A DNA stretch of 64,000 bases, taken from assembly GCF_057098645.1 (NCBI RefSeq), contig NZ_CM169472.1; one strand, 5' to 3'. The notes beneath the pieces were generated by a model. It was not told the DNA's origin. It ran no database searches and was given only the letters and a program-made list of their open reading frames with translations. Positions 26,602 through 42,350 of the stretch are shown one piece after another; position 1 is the stretch's first letter, and the number at the start of each line of letters is the position of its first letter. The position numbers and the translations under genes were made by a program.

Positions 26602-26666
26602 GGTGGTTTACTCCAGAAATAGCAAAGCTCCCTGCCAATGTTACAGCAGAGAGCATGAAGAAGAGA

Positions 26667-27803
26667 TTAACGTGCCGGATGATGAACGGCGTTAAAACCC
26701 AGTTTACACAGCAATGATGCCGCACTGGCGTCATCACAAATTACATACAGAGATGACCATTCACGGCGCTCAAGATAGTTTTTGCGCAGTTTATCGAACT
26801 CACCCGGTATCCCGGCGACTTTACGCAGCGGTGCGTCATCGCGGCGCACATCATACACCAAATGCACCAGCCTTTTCAGCGTCGGTTGATCGAGCGGGCC
26901 ATGCAGCGTAATGCGACCAAACTCTGGCGCGGGCAGTAATGTATCCAGCGCAACGTGCTGTTCATGCCCAATAAACTTGCTATAGGCTTCAAACACTTGC
27001 GTAGTACCGCGTGCTTTACCTTCCAGGGTATAGCCTGCAATATGCGGCGTGCCGATATCCACTTTTGTCAGCAACTCCACGTTAAGTTCCGGCTCGCCTT
27101 CCCAGACATCCAGCACCACGCTTAACTTCTGGCCTTCATTCAGGCAGGTCAGCAGCGCGGTATTATCGACGACTGCGCCACGGCAGGCGTTAATCAGAAT
27201 CGCTCCGGGCTTCAGGCTACGGATCAGTTTTTCATCCGCCAGATGTAGCGTTTTGTACGGACCATCTTTAAAGAGTGGCGTATGGAAAGTCAGAATATCC
27301 GCGCGCTGGACTAACTCATCCAGCGAGCGGAAATCACCCTCATCCCCACGGTCGGCGCGAGGCGGATCGCAAAGTAAGGTTTTAATCCCTAACGCTTCCA
27401 GTCGTGCCTGTAAACGCCGACCAACGTTACCAACGCCCACGATCCCCACGGTACGCTCGTGCAGTGAAAATCCATCGCGTTCGGCAAGCATCAGCAGGGA
27501 GGAGAAAACATATTCCACCACCGCAATCGCATTACAGCCAGGTGCAGCGGAAAAACCAATTCCCGCCTGCTTCAACCATGCTTCATCGACATGGTCGGTC
27601 CCCGCAGTGGCAGTGCCAACAAATTTAATGGGTTTTCCTGCCAGCAAAGATTCATTCACTTTCGTGACCGAACGCACCATCAGCGCATCCGCGTCTGCCA
27701 GTTGAGCGACGGGGATTGGACGCCCGGGAACCGCGATCACCTCACCCAAACGGCTAAATAAGTCGCGGGCATAAGGCATATTTTCATCAACAAGGATTTT
27801 CAC
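26667..27803 (-). CDS. pdxB: Erythronate-4-phosphate dehydrogenase
   Basis: 378 aa D-2-hydroxyacid dehydrogenase-family protein; synteny. Confidence 0.95.
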   Translation of the reverse strand: MKILVDENMPYARDLFSRLGEVIAVPGRPIPVAQLADADALMVRSVTKVNESLLAGKPIKFVGTATAGTDHVDEAWLKQAGIGFSAAPGCNAIAVVEYVFSSLLMLAERDGFSLHERTVGIVGVGNVGRRLQARLEALGIKTLLCDPPRADRGDEGDFRSLDELVQRADILTFHTPLFKDGPYKTLHLADEKLIRSLKPGAILINACRGAVVDNTALLTCLNEGQKLSVVLDVWEGEPELNVELLTKVDIGTPHIAGYTLEGKARGTTQVFEAYSKFIGHEQHVALDTLLPAPEFGRITLHGPLDQPTLKRLVHLVYDVRRDDAPLRKVAGIPGEFDKLRKNYLERREWSSLYVICDDASAASLLCKLGFNAVHHPAR

Positions 27804-27901
27804 GTTTGTGTTACCTGTATGAGACGAGAGTTAACCGGACAAGTGTGCCATAATCTCGCGGCCAGGCATACTTGCGAAGATTTCAGGTATAAGGATACGT
27901 A

Positions 27902-30075
<2,174 letters not shown>

Positions 30076-30261
30076 TTACTCCAGAATGCAGCGCAAGGCG
30101 AGGAGTATCCCCGTCTCATCTCTCTGGTTTCAGGGTTACGGTGCGTTGGCAGGAATTAACGCGTACGTCTTTTCAGAAGGAAATCGACAAAGCGGGAAGT
30201 TTGCCTGGAACAGGCGGCGATTGTCAATGATGTGAAAAAGGGAACCATCGGGTTCCCTTTG

Positions 30262-30330
30262 GCGTTAGTGCCGAATGCCGCATTGGCGCGTAACGTCGGA
30301 TGCGACGCTGGCGCGTCTTATCCGACCTAC
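30262..30330. repeat. REP element
   Basis: gccgaatgccgcattggcgcgtaacgtcggatgcgacgctggcgcgtcttatccgacctac; adjacent hairpin gggaaccatcgggttccc at 30243-30260 likely terminates fabB. Confidence 0.8.
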
Positions 30331-30336
30331 TCCGGA

Positions 30337-31557
30337 TTAATCTTTCAGCTTGCGCATTACCAGCGTGGCGTTGGTGCCGCCGAAGCCGAAGCTGTTAGAC
30401 ATAACAGTGGTCAGTTCGCGATCGGTCGTTTCGGTCACGATGTTCAGACCCGCAGCCTGCTCGTCCAGCTCTTCAATGTTGATGCTCGGGGCGATAAAGC
30501 CGTGTTCCAGCATCAGCAGAGAGTAGATAGCTTCCTGTACGCCAGCAGCGCCCAGAGAGTGACCGGTCATGGCTTTGGTTGCAGAAATCGCCGGGCTCTT
30601 ATCGCCGAACACTTCACGGATAGCTGCCAGCTCTTTCACGTCGCCAACCGGAGTCGAAGTACCGTGGGAGTTCAGGTAATCGATTGGGGTATCAACGCCA
30701 TGCATCGCCATCTTCATGCAGCGTACTGCGCCTTCGCCAGACGGAGCAACCATGTCTGCGCCATCAGACGTTGCGCCGTAGCCAACGATTTCAGCATAGA
30801 TGTGAGCACCACGCGCCAGCGCGTGTTCCAGCTCTTCAACCACCACCATACCGCCGCCGCCAGCGATAACGAAACCGTCACGGTGAGCATCGTAAGTACG
30901 GGAGGCTTTTTCCGGGGTGTCGTTGTATTTAGTAGACAGCGCACCCATTGCGTCGAATTCGCAAGCCATTTCCCAGCACAGCTCTTCGCCGCCGCCAGCA
31001 AACACGATGTCCTGTTTGCCCAGTTGGATCTGCTCTACTGCGTTACCGATACAGTGTGCGGAAGTCGCACACGCGGAGCTGATGGAGTAGTTAACGCCAT
31101 GAATTTTAAACGGGGTGGCGAGGCAGGCAGAAACGCCGGATGCCATCGCTTTGGTGACCACATACGGGCCAACCGCTTTCAGGCCACGCGGGCCGCGCAT
31201 TGCGTCAGCGCCGAACACCTGGAAACGCGGGGAACCGCCGCCAGAACCTGCAATCAGGCCAACGCGCGGATTATTCTGGTAAGCTTCCGGAGAAAGGCCC
31301 GCATCTGCGATTGCCTGCTCCATAGAAAGGAATGCATAAATGGATGCGTCGCTCATAAAGCGCACAACTTTGCGGTCAATGAGGCCAGTGGTATCCAGTT
31401 TTACGTTGCCCCAGACGTGGCTACGCATGCCGGAATCCTTCAGCTCCTGAGAGAAAGTGATCCCTGAACGTCCTTCACGCAGAGATGCCAGGACTTCCTG
31501 CTGGTTATTACCGATGCTGGAAACAATGCCCAGGCCAGTAATCACTGCACGTTTCAT
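30337..31557 (-). CDS. fabB: 3-oxoacyl-ACP synthase I (KAS I)
   Basis: 406 aa; [18 protein letters not shown]; active-site Cys region [10 protein letters not shown]. Confidence 0.98.
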
Positions 31558-31604
31558 TCAATACCTCTGTAAGTCGCACATAGAGTAAGTTTCGAATGCA
31601 CAAT

Positions 31605-31639
31605 AGCGTACACTTGTACGCCGAACAAGTCCGATCAGC
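31605..31639 (-). promoter_or_regulatory. fabB promoter operators: FabR-type palindrome plus adjacent FadR-like site
   Basis: agcgtacacttgtacgcc is palindromic (FabR-like); the adjacent gaacaagtccgatcagc resembles a FadR site; located 50-80 bp upstream of the fabB start. Confidence 0.55.
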
Positions 31640-31649
31640 CAATTAATAG

Positions 31650-33722
<2,073 letters not shown>

Positions 33723-33735
33723 CCAGCTTTGGCAT

Positions 33736-33836
<101 letters not shown>

Positions 33837-33842
33837 CGCAAC

Positions 33843-34121
33843 TTACTGCTGTGACGCCTGCTGAAACAGGTTTTCCCACATATCGGTCACCAGCGCCTGG
33901 TCACGCGGCGACAATTCACCGGCACCAATGGCTTTTTCCAGACTCTGGCTAACGGTCGTATGCACCGCCTGAGCGGAGTGGTCATCACCACTTTCCAGTT
34001 CTGCGATGGCTAATGTCAGGTGGCCACGCAAATACCCACTGGCAAACAACTCATCATCACTGGCATGGTCAACCATACCGTCGATTAATGCCAGAATGCG
34101 TGATTCAAACTCCGCGATCAT
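33843..34121 (-). CDS. yfcL: Uncharacterized protein YfcL
   Basis: 92 aa ORF in the conserved position. Confidence 0.8.
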
Positions 34122-34154
34122 CTTCTTTCCTCATTGTAAAACGTGGCGCTGGCT

Positions 34155-34703
34155 TCAGTTGAGCGCTTCCGGCCACGGGAACTGTTCCGCCGTAAGTTCC
34201 GGCGTGTGATAATAATTTTGTAGTGCTTTAATGAAGCGTGCCGGGCGTTCCGGAATGCCATTTGTTAGATAATCCATCACCTGCGCATGTACTCGCCGTT
34301 GAAACACCACGCGGTCCGGTTCGAAGTCGCCTTCCAGATTGTCGCAACTGACGTTAAACGGATATCCAGCCGCCACGCAGAACAACCAGTCGAGCGCCTG
34401 CGGCTTCACTTCAACATCTTCAAACTGGCTTTGCGTTTGGGCATCGCGTCCGTCCGGGCAATACCAGTAGCCGAAATCAACCAGCTCACGGCGCGCTTTT
34501 CCGGCAATACACCAGTGCGAAATCTCATGAATTGCGCTGGCATAAAAGCCGTGGGCAAAGACGATTCGGTTATACGGTACTTCCACATCAGCAGGAAGAT
34601 AGATCGGTTCGTCGTCGCCTTTAATCAGACGGGTATTAAAATCATCGGCAAAGCAGCTATTAAAAATTTCAATCAACTGCTCATAGTGGTGTGTACTGTT
34701 CAT
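34155..34703 (-). CDS. epmC: Elongation factor P hydroxylase
   Basis: 182 aa; conserved position; stop overlaps yfcA start region. Confidence 0.88.
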   Translation of the reverse strand: MNSTHHYEQLIEIFNSCFADDFNTRLIKGDDEPIYLPADVEVPYNRIVFAHGFYASAIHEISHWCIAGKARRELVDFGYWYCPDGRDAQTQSQFEDVEVKPQALDWLFCVAAGYPFNVSCDNLEGDFEPDRVVFQRRVHAQVMDYLTNGIPERPARFIKALQNYYHTPELTAEQFPWPEALN

Positions 34704-35512
34704 TAGTTCATCCCCAACCAGTGGAGGATCTCCTGTCCGTGGCTATCATAAAGTAATTTGGCACTCATCACCGCCGAGACGATAACGATCATCGGGCGGA
34801 TCAGTTTTTGTCCTTTGCTCAACACCAGTCTTGAACCCATGCGTGCGCCGAGGAACTGCCCCACCAGCATCACAAAGCCCGTCGCCCAAATCACTTTGCC
34901 GCCGAGAATAAACAGCAGTAAACCGCCGATGTTTGACGTTGCGTTGAGTAATTTGGCGTGAGCCGTGGCTTTGGCGAGGTTGAATCCGCACAGCGTAACA
35001 AAGGCCAGCGCGTAAAACGATCCGGCTGCCGGACCAAAGAATCCGTCATAAAAACCGACGCAGCCACCGGCAATTAACGCGAAAGGTAAACCGTACATCC
35101 GGCGCTGGCGATCTTCTTCACCCAGCTTTGGCATCAGCAAGAAATAGAGGCCGATACAAATCACCAGAATGGGCAAAATCTGCCGTAAGACATCAGCCTG
35201 AACGTATTGCACCAGCAGTGCGCCGCTCATTGAGCCGATAAAGGTCATGGCGATATTGAGTTTCTGATCACTTAAACTAACCACTTTGCGGCGAATAAAG
35301 TAGATAGTGGCGGAAATAGAGCCGCCGCAGGCTTGCAGTTTATTGGTTGCCAGCGCATTAGCGGGAGACATCCCCGCTGCCATTAATGCCGGAATCGTGA
35401 GTAACCCACCACCACCGGCAATCGAGTCGATAAATCCCGCCAGCATGGCGACAAAAAAGAGAACTCCCAGCAACAGCGGGGAAACCATAAACAGGCTATT
35501 AAACGTTTCCAT
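34703..35512 (-). CDS. yfcA: TauE/SafE-family membrane transporter YfcA
   Basis: 269 aa integral membrane protein. Confidence 0.9.
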   Translation of the reverse strand: METFNSLFMVSPLLLGVLFFVAMLAGFIDSIAGGGGLLTIPALMAAGMSPANALATNKLQACGGSISATIYFIRRKVVSLSDQKLNIAMTFIGSMSGALLVQYVQADVLRQILPILVICIGLYFLLMPKLGEEDRQRRMYGLPFALIAGGCVGFYDGFFGPAAGSFYALAFVTLCGFNLAKATAHAKLLNATSNIGGLLLFILGGKVIWATGFVMLVGQFLGARMGSRLVLSKGQKLIRPMIVIVSAVMSAKLLYDSHGQEILHWLGMN

Positions 35513-36336
35513 TAGATCACGTGCTCATCCAGTAGCGCCTGGCAGGAAGGCGGCAACGGAGGCGGTGTCTTCTTCTCAGGCTTTGTTGTTCCCGGTTTTG
35601 GAGGTTCAAACCAGCTTTGCAGTTCTGCCCCGCAACCATCGCCTGGTGGCGGTAAAGGTTGATCTTCACACTCCAGACTATCGGCAGGACAACGTAATCG
35701 TACATGCATATGCGCACGATGCTGGAACCAGGGTCGCACTTTGCGCAACCAGTCGCGATCGGTGCCCGCATCAAGGCAAAGTTGTTGTTTAATCGCCGGA
35801 TTAACAAAAATGCGCGTGACGTCTTTGTCCTGGGCGGCGAGTTTGATCAAGCTGAAAATTTCTGGCTTCCACAGCGTGGAGACAACGTGTTTACCGTCGC
35901 GGGATACTAAGTCCAGTGCTTGCGGGCGCAAGAGCTGCGCGGAGGTCCAGCGAGTTTTCGGCAGTTGCAGAAAGATATCGACATCCAGTCCGGTCTGGTG
36001 GCTGGCATGACCGCCGTTGAAACGCCCACCAGCGGGCATCCCCATATCGCCAATCAGCACCGTACCCATGCCCAGATTGCTCACCTGGCTACTCAGACGC
36101 TGGATAAACATCACCAGGTCCGGGTGACCGAAATAGCGACGCTGATCGGTACGCATGACCTGATAATGTTCGGACTGTATCGGCAGCGTGTCAGCGCCGA
36201 CGATACAGCCATTAGAAAAACTGCCTATCGATTGTGCGCTACCCGGCACAGGTTGGGTTATTTTTTGCCACGGCGTCGCTGCCAGGCTGACGCTACTGGC
36301 AAGCAGGGCCAGCAGCGCAATCGCGGTTTTGTTCAT
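35512..36336 (-). CDS. mepA: Penicillin-insensitive murein DD-endopeptidase
   Basis: 274 aa with signal peptide; metallopeptidase His-rich motifs. Confidence 0.93.
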   Translation of the reverse strand: MNKTAIALLALLASSVSLAATPWQKITQPVPGSAQSIGSFSNGCIVGADTLPIQSEHYQVMRTDQRRYFGHPDLVMFIQRLSSQVSNLGMGTVLIGDMGMPAGGRFNGGHASHQTGLDVDIFLQLPKTRWTSAQLLRPQALDLVSRDGKHVVSTLWKPEIFSLIKLAAQDKDVTRIFVNPAIKQQLCLDAGTDRDWLRKVRPWFQHRAHMHVRLRCPADSLECEDQPLPPPGDGCGAELQSWFEPPKPGTTKPEKKTPPPLPPSCQALLDEHVI

Positions 36337-36339
36337 TTT

Positions 36340-37425
36340 TTACCAGCGTGGAATATCAGTCTTCACATCGGCATTTTGCGCCCGCTGCCGTAACAGGTGA
36401 TCCATTAATACGATCGCCAGCATCGCTTCAGCGATCGGCACCGCGCGGATCCCGACACAGGGATCGTGACGGCCTTTGGTGATCATCTCAACTTCTTCGC
36501 CAAAGCGGTTAATGGTGCGCCCCGGCACGGTAATGCTGGAAGTCGGTTTCAGCGCCATATGGGCAATGATTTGCTGCCCGCTGCTGATACCGCCAAGAAT
36601 GCCGCCCGCATGGTTGCTCTGGAAACCGTCTTTGGTGATTTCGTCGCGATTCTGGCTGCCGCGCAGCGCCACCACGTCAAAACCGTCGCCAATTTCCACG
36701 CCTTTCACCGCGTTGATGCTCATCAGCGCATGGGCGATGTCGGCATCTAGGCGGTCAAAGACCGGCTCGCCAAGTCCGGCGGGGACACCACTGGCTACAA
36801 CGGTGACTTTCGCGCCGATGGAGTCGCCCTCTTTTTTCAGCGCGCGCATCAGTTCATCTAACGCGTCGATTTTGTCCGGGTCCGGGCAGAAGAACGGATT
36901 TTGTTCAACCTGCGACCAGTCTTTGATTTCCAGCGGAATGTCGCCCATCTGGGTCAGGCAGCCGCGGATTTCAATACCAAATGTCTCGGCGAGATATTTT
37001 TTGGCAATCGCCCCTGCCGCCACGCGCATGGCGGTTTCGCGGGCGGAAGAACGTCCACCGCCGCGATAATCGCGCAGACCGTATTTTTGTTCGTAGGTGT
37101 AATCAGCATGGCCAGGACGGAAAACGTCCTTAATCGCACTATAATCCTGAGAACGCTGATCGGTATTTTCGATCAACAAACCAATGCTGGTGCCGGTAGT
37201 AACACCTTCAAAAACACCGGAGAGAATTTTGACCTGATCTGGCTCACGACGCTGTGTGGTATAGCGCGATGTCCCAGGGCGACGACGATCAAGGTCATGT
37301 TGCAGGTCCGCTTCCGTCAGCGGAATGCCCGGCGGAACACCATCGACGATGCAGCCGAGCGCCAGCCCGTGCGATTCGCCGAAGGTGGTTACGCGAAAGA
37401 GTTGTCCAATTGTGTTTCCAGCCAT
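36340..37425 (-). CDS. aroC: Chorismate synthase
   Basis: [20 protein letters not shown] signature; 361 aa. Confidence 0.98.
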   Translation of the reverse strand: MAGNTIGQLFRVTTFGESHGLALGCIVDGVPPGIPLTEADLQHDLDRRRPGTSRYTTQRREPDQVKILSGVFEGVTTGTSIGLLIENTDQRSQDYSAIKDVFRPGHADYTYEQKYGLRDYRGGGRSSARETAMRVAAGAIAKKYLAETFGIEIRGCLTQMGDIPLEIKDWSQVEQNPFFCPDPDKIDALDELMRALKKEGDSIGAKVTVVASGVPAGLGEPVFDRLDADIAHALMSINAVKGVEIGDGFDVVALRGSQNRDEITKDGFQSNHAGGILGGISSGQQIIAHMALKPTSSITVPGRTINRFGEEVEMITKGRHDPCVGIRAVPIAEAMLAIVLMDHLLRQRAQNADVKTDIPRW

Positions 37426-37459
37426 CACGGCTCCGTTATTGTTGTGTTTGCGTGTTTAC

Positions 37460-38392
37460 TTAATCTTTATAAATCGCGAAATGTTCACGGGCCGCCAGCA
37501 GCTGCTCTTTGGTGAGCATAAACACACCATCGCCGCCGTTATCAAACTCCAGCCAGGTGAACGGAACATCCGGATATTGTTCCATAAGATGTACCATGCT
37601 GTTGCCGACTTCACAAATCAGCACACCATCATCAGCAAGGTAATCTGCCGCGTTACCGAGAATGCGACGCGTCAGTTTCAGGCCGTCAGTGCCAGATGCC
37701 AGGCCCAGTTCCGGCTCGTGACGGTATTCGTTTGGCAGGTCGGACATATCTTCCGCATCGACATACGGCGGGTTAGTGACGATCAGGTCGTACTGCACTT
37801 TCGGCAAATCACGGAACAGATCGGAACGAATCGGAATGACGTTGTGGATCAGACCGTGTTCTTCGATGTTCTGTTCGGCAACCGCCAGCGCGTCGGGAGA
37901 GATATCCACCGCGTCGACTTCCGCATCCGGGAAGGCATAAGCACAGGCAATGGCGATGCAGCCGCTACCGGTACACATATCTAAAATATGCTGCGGTTGC
38001 TTGCTGATTAGCCCGGCAAATTTATTGTTAATCAGTTCACCAATCGGCGAACGCGGCACCAGCACGCGTTCATCGACGTAAAATTCATGGCCGCAGAACC
38101 AGGCTTTATTGGTCAGGTAAGCCACCGGAATGCGTTCGTTGACGCGGCGGATCACGCGCTCAACAATACGGTGTTTTTCGCTGGAGGTCAGACGCGCAGT
38201 GCGCATATCTTCCGGAATATCCAGCGGCAGGTAGAGCGACGGCAACACCAGTTGTACCGCTTCATCCCACGGGTTATCGGTGCCGTGACCGTACCAGATA
38301 TTTGCCGCGCTGAAGCGGCTAACCGACCAGCGCAACATGTCCTGAATGGTTTGCAGCTCATTTACTGCTTCATCAACGAAAATTTTATCCAC
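37460..38392 (-). CDS. prmB: Ribosomal protein uL3 glutamine methyltransferase
   Basis: Probable GTG start at [14 protein letters not shown] (310 aa); NPPY methyltransferase motif; the ORF track extends an unlikely 111-codon N-terminal tail to 38725. Confidence 0.92.
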   Translation of the reverse strand: MDKIFVDEAVNELQTIQDMLRWSVSRFSAANIWYGHGTDNPWDEAVQLVLPSLYLPLDIPEDMRTARLTSSEKHRIVERVIRRVNERIPVAYLTNKAWFCGHEFYVDERVLVPRSPIGELINNKFAGLISKQPQHILDMCTGSGCIAIACAYAFPDAEVDAVDISPDALAVAEQNIEEHGLIHNVIPIRSDLFRDLPKVQYDLIVTNPPYVDAEDMSDLPNEYRHEPELGLASGTDGLKLTRRILGNAADYLADDGVLICEVGNSMVHLMEQYPDVPFTWLEFDNGGDGVFMLTKEQLLAAREHFAIYKD

Positions 38393-38557
38393 GTATTCCT
38401 CCAGGGCATGATCGCAATAATTTCGGCGGCTAGTTTGCCATGAAGATGACGATAAATCAGCATTCACGCGCGGTGAGTGAGGAAAAATACGTTTAAAACG
38501 ATCGATTGCGCTACGAGTCGGGTAAACTGTAGGAAAATTAGAAATAGAGACAGATAA

Positions 38558-39109
38558 ATGAAAAAGAAAACAACACTTAGCGAGGAGGACCAGGCTCTGT
38601 TTCGCCAGTTGATGGCGGGGACTCGCAAGATTAAGCAGGACACGATTGTCCACCGACCGCAGCGTAAGAAAATCAGCGAAGTGCCGGTGAAACGCTTGAT
38701 CCAGGAGCAGGCTGATGCCAGCCATTATTTCTCCGATGAGTTTCAGCCGTTATTAAATACCGAAGGCCCGGTGAAATATGTTCGCCCGGATGTGAGTCAT
38801 TTTGAGGCGAAGAAGTTGCGACGCGGTGATTATTCGCCGGAATTGTTTTTGGATTTACACGGTCTGACGCAGCTGCAGGCCAAGCAGGAACTGGGCGCGT
38901 TGATTGCCGCCTGCCGTCGTGAACATGTGTTTTGCGCATGCGTAATGCACGGGCACGGAAAGCATATTTTGAAACAGCAAACGCCGCTGTGGCTGGCGCA
39001 ACATCCGCATGTAATGGCATTTCACCAGGCGCCGAAAGAGTACGGCGGAGATGCAGCGTTGTTAGTGTTGATTGAAGTGGAAGAGTGGCTACCGCCGGAG
39101 TTGCCGTGA
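38558..39109 (+). CDS. smrB: Smr-domain ribosome rescue endonuclease SmrB
   Basis: 183 aa; Smr domain with LDLHG motif. Confidence 0.92.
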
Positions 39110-39161
39110 ATATTAGGGGGCGGATGCGCTTTGCCATTTCGCCCTGAATGCTGGGACCAAA

Positions 39162-39205
39162 TGCCGGATGCGGGGTAAACGCCTTATCCGGCTACGAACA
39201 CTGTC
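39162..39205. repeat. REP element
   Basis: gccggatgcggggtaaacgccttatccggctac. Confidence 0.75.
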
Positions 39206-39222
39206 GAGGCTAATAATATTAA

Positions 39223-40062
39223 TTAAAGTTCATTAAGAATATATTGAAAGCGACATGTAGCATCAAAACTTTGCCGTTCACTAGTATCAACACGCACCTG
39301 CATGTCATGGAGTTGTTTATCAGTTACAGGATGTCGGTTTGCCGTTACGTTCACTTTATTGTTATCACAACCCTGGACACTAAACGTCATTAATTGTGAT
39401 ACCAGGCGACAATAGGCTCCACGGTCATCACTGAAGTCACTGCCATCACATAATCGCCCATCTTTCATTAAGAATGTCGGCAACGATTTCTCAATAACCC
39501 CCCCCGTAGATTGCAGGCTTAATGATTTATTATGAACAACGGTGTTTTCATCCCAGGAAATATCATAGCTTGCTACTGGCTCTGTTGGACAATTTGATTG
39601 GTGCGCATTCGGCCCCTGATAATAATATGGCCCCGCCTGCGGAGGCCTTGCTGTGCTATAAATTGATGTTGTCACCACCCAGGGGCAACCATGGGTTGTA
39701 CCCGTAACATGTACATTTACAGGAAGTCTATGACAAACCCAACCAGAGGTCATACCGGGACAATAAGAATCATCTACTATCGGTGCCCGCCCTGGCGGAA
39801 TTGTTATGTCTGGGGGGACACCCGGTCCAGTCCAGGTTAAGTTAGGCACAACTCCTGCCTGTACCATAATCCCCCCTTGTGAATATGTCCCATAATATGC
39901 CCCTTCAGGGGTTAACACATCTATTTTATAAACGATAGATGTTGTTAGCCCACTGCCATAAGATGCGCCATAAGTCTGAACATTATTAAATGTAACGTCT
40001 GCTTGTACAGAAGAATTAAGCCCGAACAATAACATACCAAATAAAATCACTTTTATTTTCAT
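39223..40062 (-). CDS. yfcO: Yfc fimbrial operon distal gene (YfcO-like, putative tip adhesin / DUF2544)
   Basis: 279 aa secreted protein with signal peptide; last gene of the chaperone-usher cluster. Confidence 0.75.
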   Translation of the reverse strand: MKIKVILFGMLLFGLNSSVQADVTFNNVQTYGASYGSGLTTSIVYKIDVLTPEGAYYGTYSQGGIMVQAGVVPNLTWTGPGVPPDITIPPGRAPIVDDSYCPGMTSGWVCHRLPVNVHVTGTTHGCPWVVTTSIYSTARPPQAGPYYYQGPNAHQSNCPTEPVASYDISWDENTVVHNKSLSLQSTGGVIEKSLPTFLMKDGRLCDGSDFSDDRGAYCRLVSQLMTFSVQGCDNNKVNVTANRHPVTDKQLHDMQVRVDTSERQSFDATCRFQYILNEL

Positions 40063-40587
40063 TTAGATATACTCAAAAATTGCCGTCAGGCTGGCAGTAA
40101 ATTCACCAGAAGTGACTTCACGCCCAGATTTCGCCTGCAACCAAGCCTTAAAGTTAAGATTATTAGCACCGTTACTCAGGTTAAATATTGCCCCTGCCGA
40201 ATTGTTGATGGGGACCTGTATCCCATCAACTGTTTCCATGCCAATGCTCACACCTTGCGCACCCGATGATGCATCCAAAGCCAGAAACCCTGGCAAATCG
40301 CTATCTTCGGTACCGGTTAACGTAACTCTAACTTTGTAACCAACAGGCCCTTTGCAATCTTTCAATTGAAAAACGACCGGCACACGATCAGATTGTTCCC
40401 GTGACATTAAATCTCTGCTGCTGATACTTGGGAAATGGACTTCAGCCAGCACTTGTCCTTGTACTACCAGGGTACAAGATTTACTTAATAAATTTCCGTA
40501 GAAGTGCAAATTATTGTCTGCACGCGCTGTGCTATTTCCTGCCAGTAACAGCATTACTATGAGTGCGAACCAGGTTTTCATCTTCAT
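40063..40587 (-). CDS. yfcP: Fimbrial minor subunit
   Basis: 174 aa with signal peptide; fimbrial-subunit C-terminus ending in FEY. Confidence 0.8.
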   Translation of the reverse strand: MKMKTWFALIVMLLLAGNSTARADNNLHFYGNLLSKSCTLVVQGQVLAEVHFPSISSRDLMSREQSDRVPVVFQLKDCKGPVGYKVRVTLTGTEDSDLPGFLALDASSGAQGVSIGMETVDGIQVPINNSAGAIFNLSNGANNLNFKAWLQAKSGREVTSGEFTASLTAIFEYI

Positions 40588-41060
40588 TGATATTCCACCC
40601 GTAATGTGGCCGAAGCTGAAAACGTTCCGTCTGTTAATACAGCATCTACCGCCTTCACGGGGACAGCCTCTAATTGTGGTTTCGTATCGGCGTTAATTTG
40701 TATCGGTGTATTTACTCTAAATGGCTGACCATTTTGCCGAAGTTTAATCCCTAATCCTGTTACATCAGTTTCGATTGCAGCATCATCATAACTTGTTTGT
40801 GTGCCTATCCATGTCAATGTCATATCCCAGGAACTACCGGGTGTAACAGCATCACATTTAATATCGTAGGGCACGACCTCTCGCCCATTATTTCCATCAA
40901 TGCTATCGATAATTACATCCCTGAACTCCACCTCGATAGTGTTTCCATCACTAATAGTACATGCCGGAGGCAATACAAGAGTTCCTTTGAAGGTGATATC
41001 CGGTGATGCATTCACAATACCGCTGCTCATACAGAGCAATAAATACAAGAGTATTTTCAT
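40584..41060 (-). CDS. yfcQ: Fimbrial minor subunit
   Basis: 158 aa with signal peptide; ends with Y-Q beta-strand motif; overlaps neighbours by 4 bp. Confidence 0.8.
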   Translation of the reverse strand: MKILLYLLLCMSSGIVNASPDITFKGTLVLPPACTISDGNTIEVEFRDVIIDSIDGNNGREVVPYDIKCDAVTPGSSWDMTLTWIGTQTSYDDAAIETDVTGLGIKLRQNGQPFRVNTPIQINADTKPQLEAVPVKAVDAVLTDGTFSASATLRVEYQ

Positions 41061-41560
41061 TGATAATCCACCACCATTGTTAAACTCCCACTAAAATCGG
41101 CCCCTGAAAGTTGTGCACCACTTTGTTTTACCGGGACTGCATTAAGTTTCGGCTGTGATGTGATATTGAAAGGGGTCCAGTTGTTTTCTCCAATGGAGAA
41201 TAGTGAGTTGTTATCTGCATTCTCGATTCGAATACCAAATCCTGGAACCCCTACATCAACGACTTTTTCTCCATTAATTGTGGTGGTGTTTCCTCTCAAC
41301 TGCATACGTAAATCATCAGCTTTTCGGTCAGGGCATGACAACGTATATCCTGCATCTTTACGATAATTACTACCATTGATATCGTTGATATTCACAGTCT
41401 GAAAATCTACTGAACTCCCCGTTACGCTACATGGCGGAGGAGGATCTACATGTACCTGTAAAATGAGATCAACAGGTTTTGAATTTGCAAGGATAATGTT
41501 ATATATCCCACTAACGCCCAGCAGTAATATACCCACCCCCACAACAAAAATTTGTCTCAT
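41057..41560 (-). CDS. yfcR: Fimbrial minor subunit
   Basis: 167 aa with signal peptide; C-terminal MVVDYQ. Confidence 0.8.
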   Translation of the reverse strand: MRQIFVVGVGILLLGVSGIYNIILANSKPVDLILQVHVDPPPPCSVTGSSVDFQTVNINDINGSNYRKDAGYTLSCPDRKADDLRMQLRGNTTTINGEKVVDVGVPGFGIRIENADNNSLFSIGENNWTPFNITSQPKLNAVPVKQSGAQLSGADFSGSLTMVVDYQ

Positions 41561-41575
41561 GTCGCTCTCCCGGCA

Positions 41576-42328
41576 TCAGCCTTTGCGGCTCTGCTCTACA
41601 TCCACCTGGCAGGTATCACCGCCACATTTAAAATACAGCGGCATCCGTGCGCCATAGTCGTTGACGTAAGACAGCACCGGGACGCTATCCATTTTGACCT
41701 TTAACGGCACGGAGGTTTTTGGTGATATCACCATGGGGGAAAATCCCGCTGCCGGATTGCCATTTTTCTGCGCGCTGGCGTTACTGATAACCACGTAGTA
41801 CGGCGTAGGATTATTGACGGTAAACTCCTGACCGCTGCGGGTTAAGGTCTCCTTATGCTGCCACGGGTTTTTCATGCTGACGTTTTCCAGCGCCTTTGGT
41901 CGCCAGAACAGCTTGATGCGCGTTTGCAGCGCTATCTGTAACGTGTTGGGTTTGTTCGATTTCGGCGGAATTTCACGCACGTTGAAGTAGAACACGCTCT
42001 CGCGGTCGGCAGGCAGCTTGTTGATATCCGGCATCCCCTGCACCTTCACCTGGCCGTTCATCATGGAATCGATGCGCTGCACCGGCGGCAGGACCGTCAG
42101 TGGCGAGCTAATCCTGTTACCCTGTTCATCTTCCATCCAGCTTTGTGCCAGATACGGCATTTTCGGGTCGTTATTACGCAGCGTGACGCTGATTGATTTA
42201 TCACTCTCATTAAAAATCAGGCGTGTACGGTCTGGCGTGACAGAGGCCTGTGCTGACAGGCTGGCAGTGGTTAGTAGCAATGCTAGCAACATTGTGGATT
42301 TTTTGGCAGAGCAAAATAGATTCGTCAT
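41576..42328 (-). CDS. yfcS: Periplasmic fimbrial chaperone (PapD-like)
   Basis: 250 aa with signal peptide; chaperone fold motifs. Confidence 0.88.
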   Translation of the reverse strand: MTNLFCSAKKSTMLLALLLTTASLSAQASVTPDRTRLIFNESDKSISVTLRNNDPKMPYLAQSWMEDEQGNRISSPLTVLPPVQRIDSMMNGQVKVQGMPDINKLPADRESVFYFNVREIPPKSNKPNTLQIALQTRIKLFWRPKALENVSMKNPWQHKETLTRSGQEFTVNNPTPYYVVISNASAQKNGNPAAGFSPMVISPKTSVPLKVKMDSVPVLSYVNDYGARMPLYFKCGGDTCQVDVEQSRKG

Positions 42329-42350
42329 GGATCATTCCTTAATCACGTTA

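Noticed and set aside
37460-38725. 421-aa extended ORF for prmB, and similar N-terminal extensions for accD, mnmC, yfcC, dedD, yfcZ and the integrase.
   Set aside because: The extra N-terminal residues are not protein-like and the recognisable conserved N-termini start internally (GTG or ATG); shorter coordinates were used.
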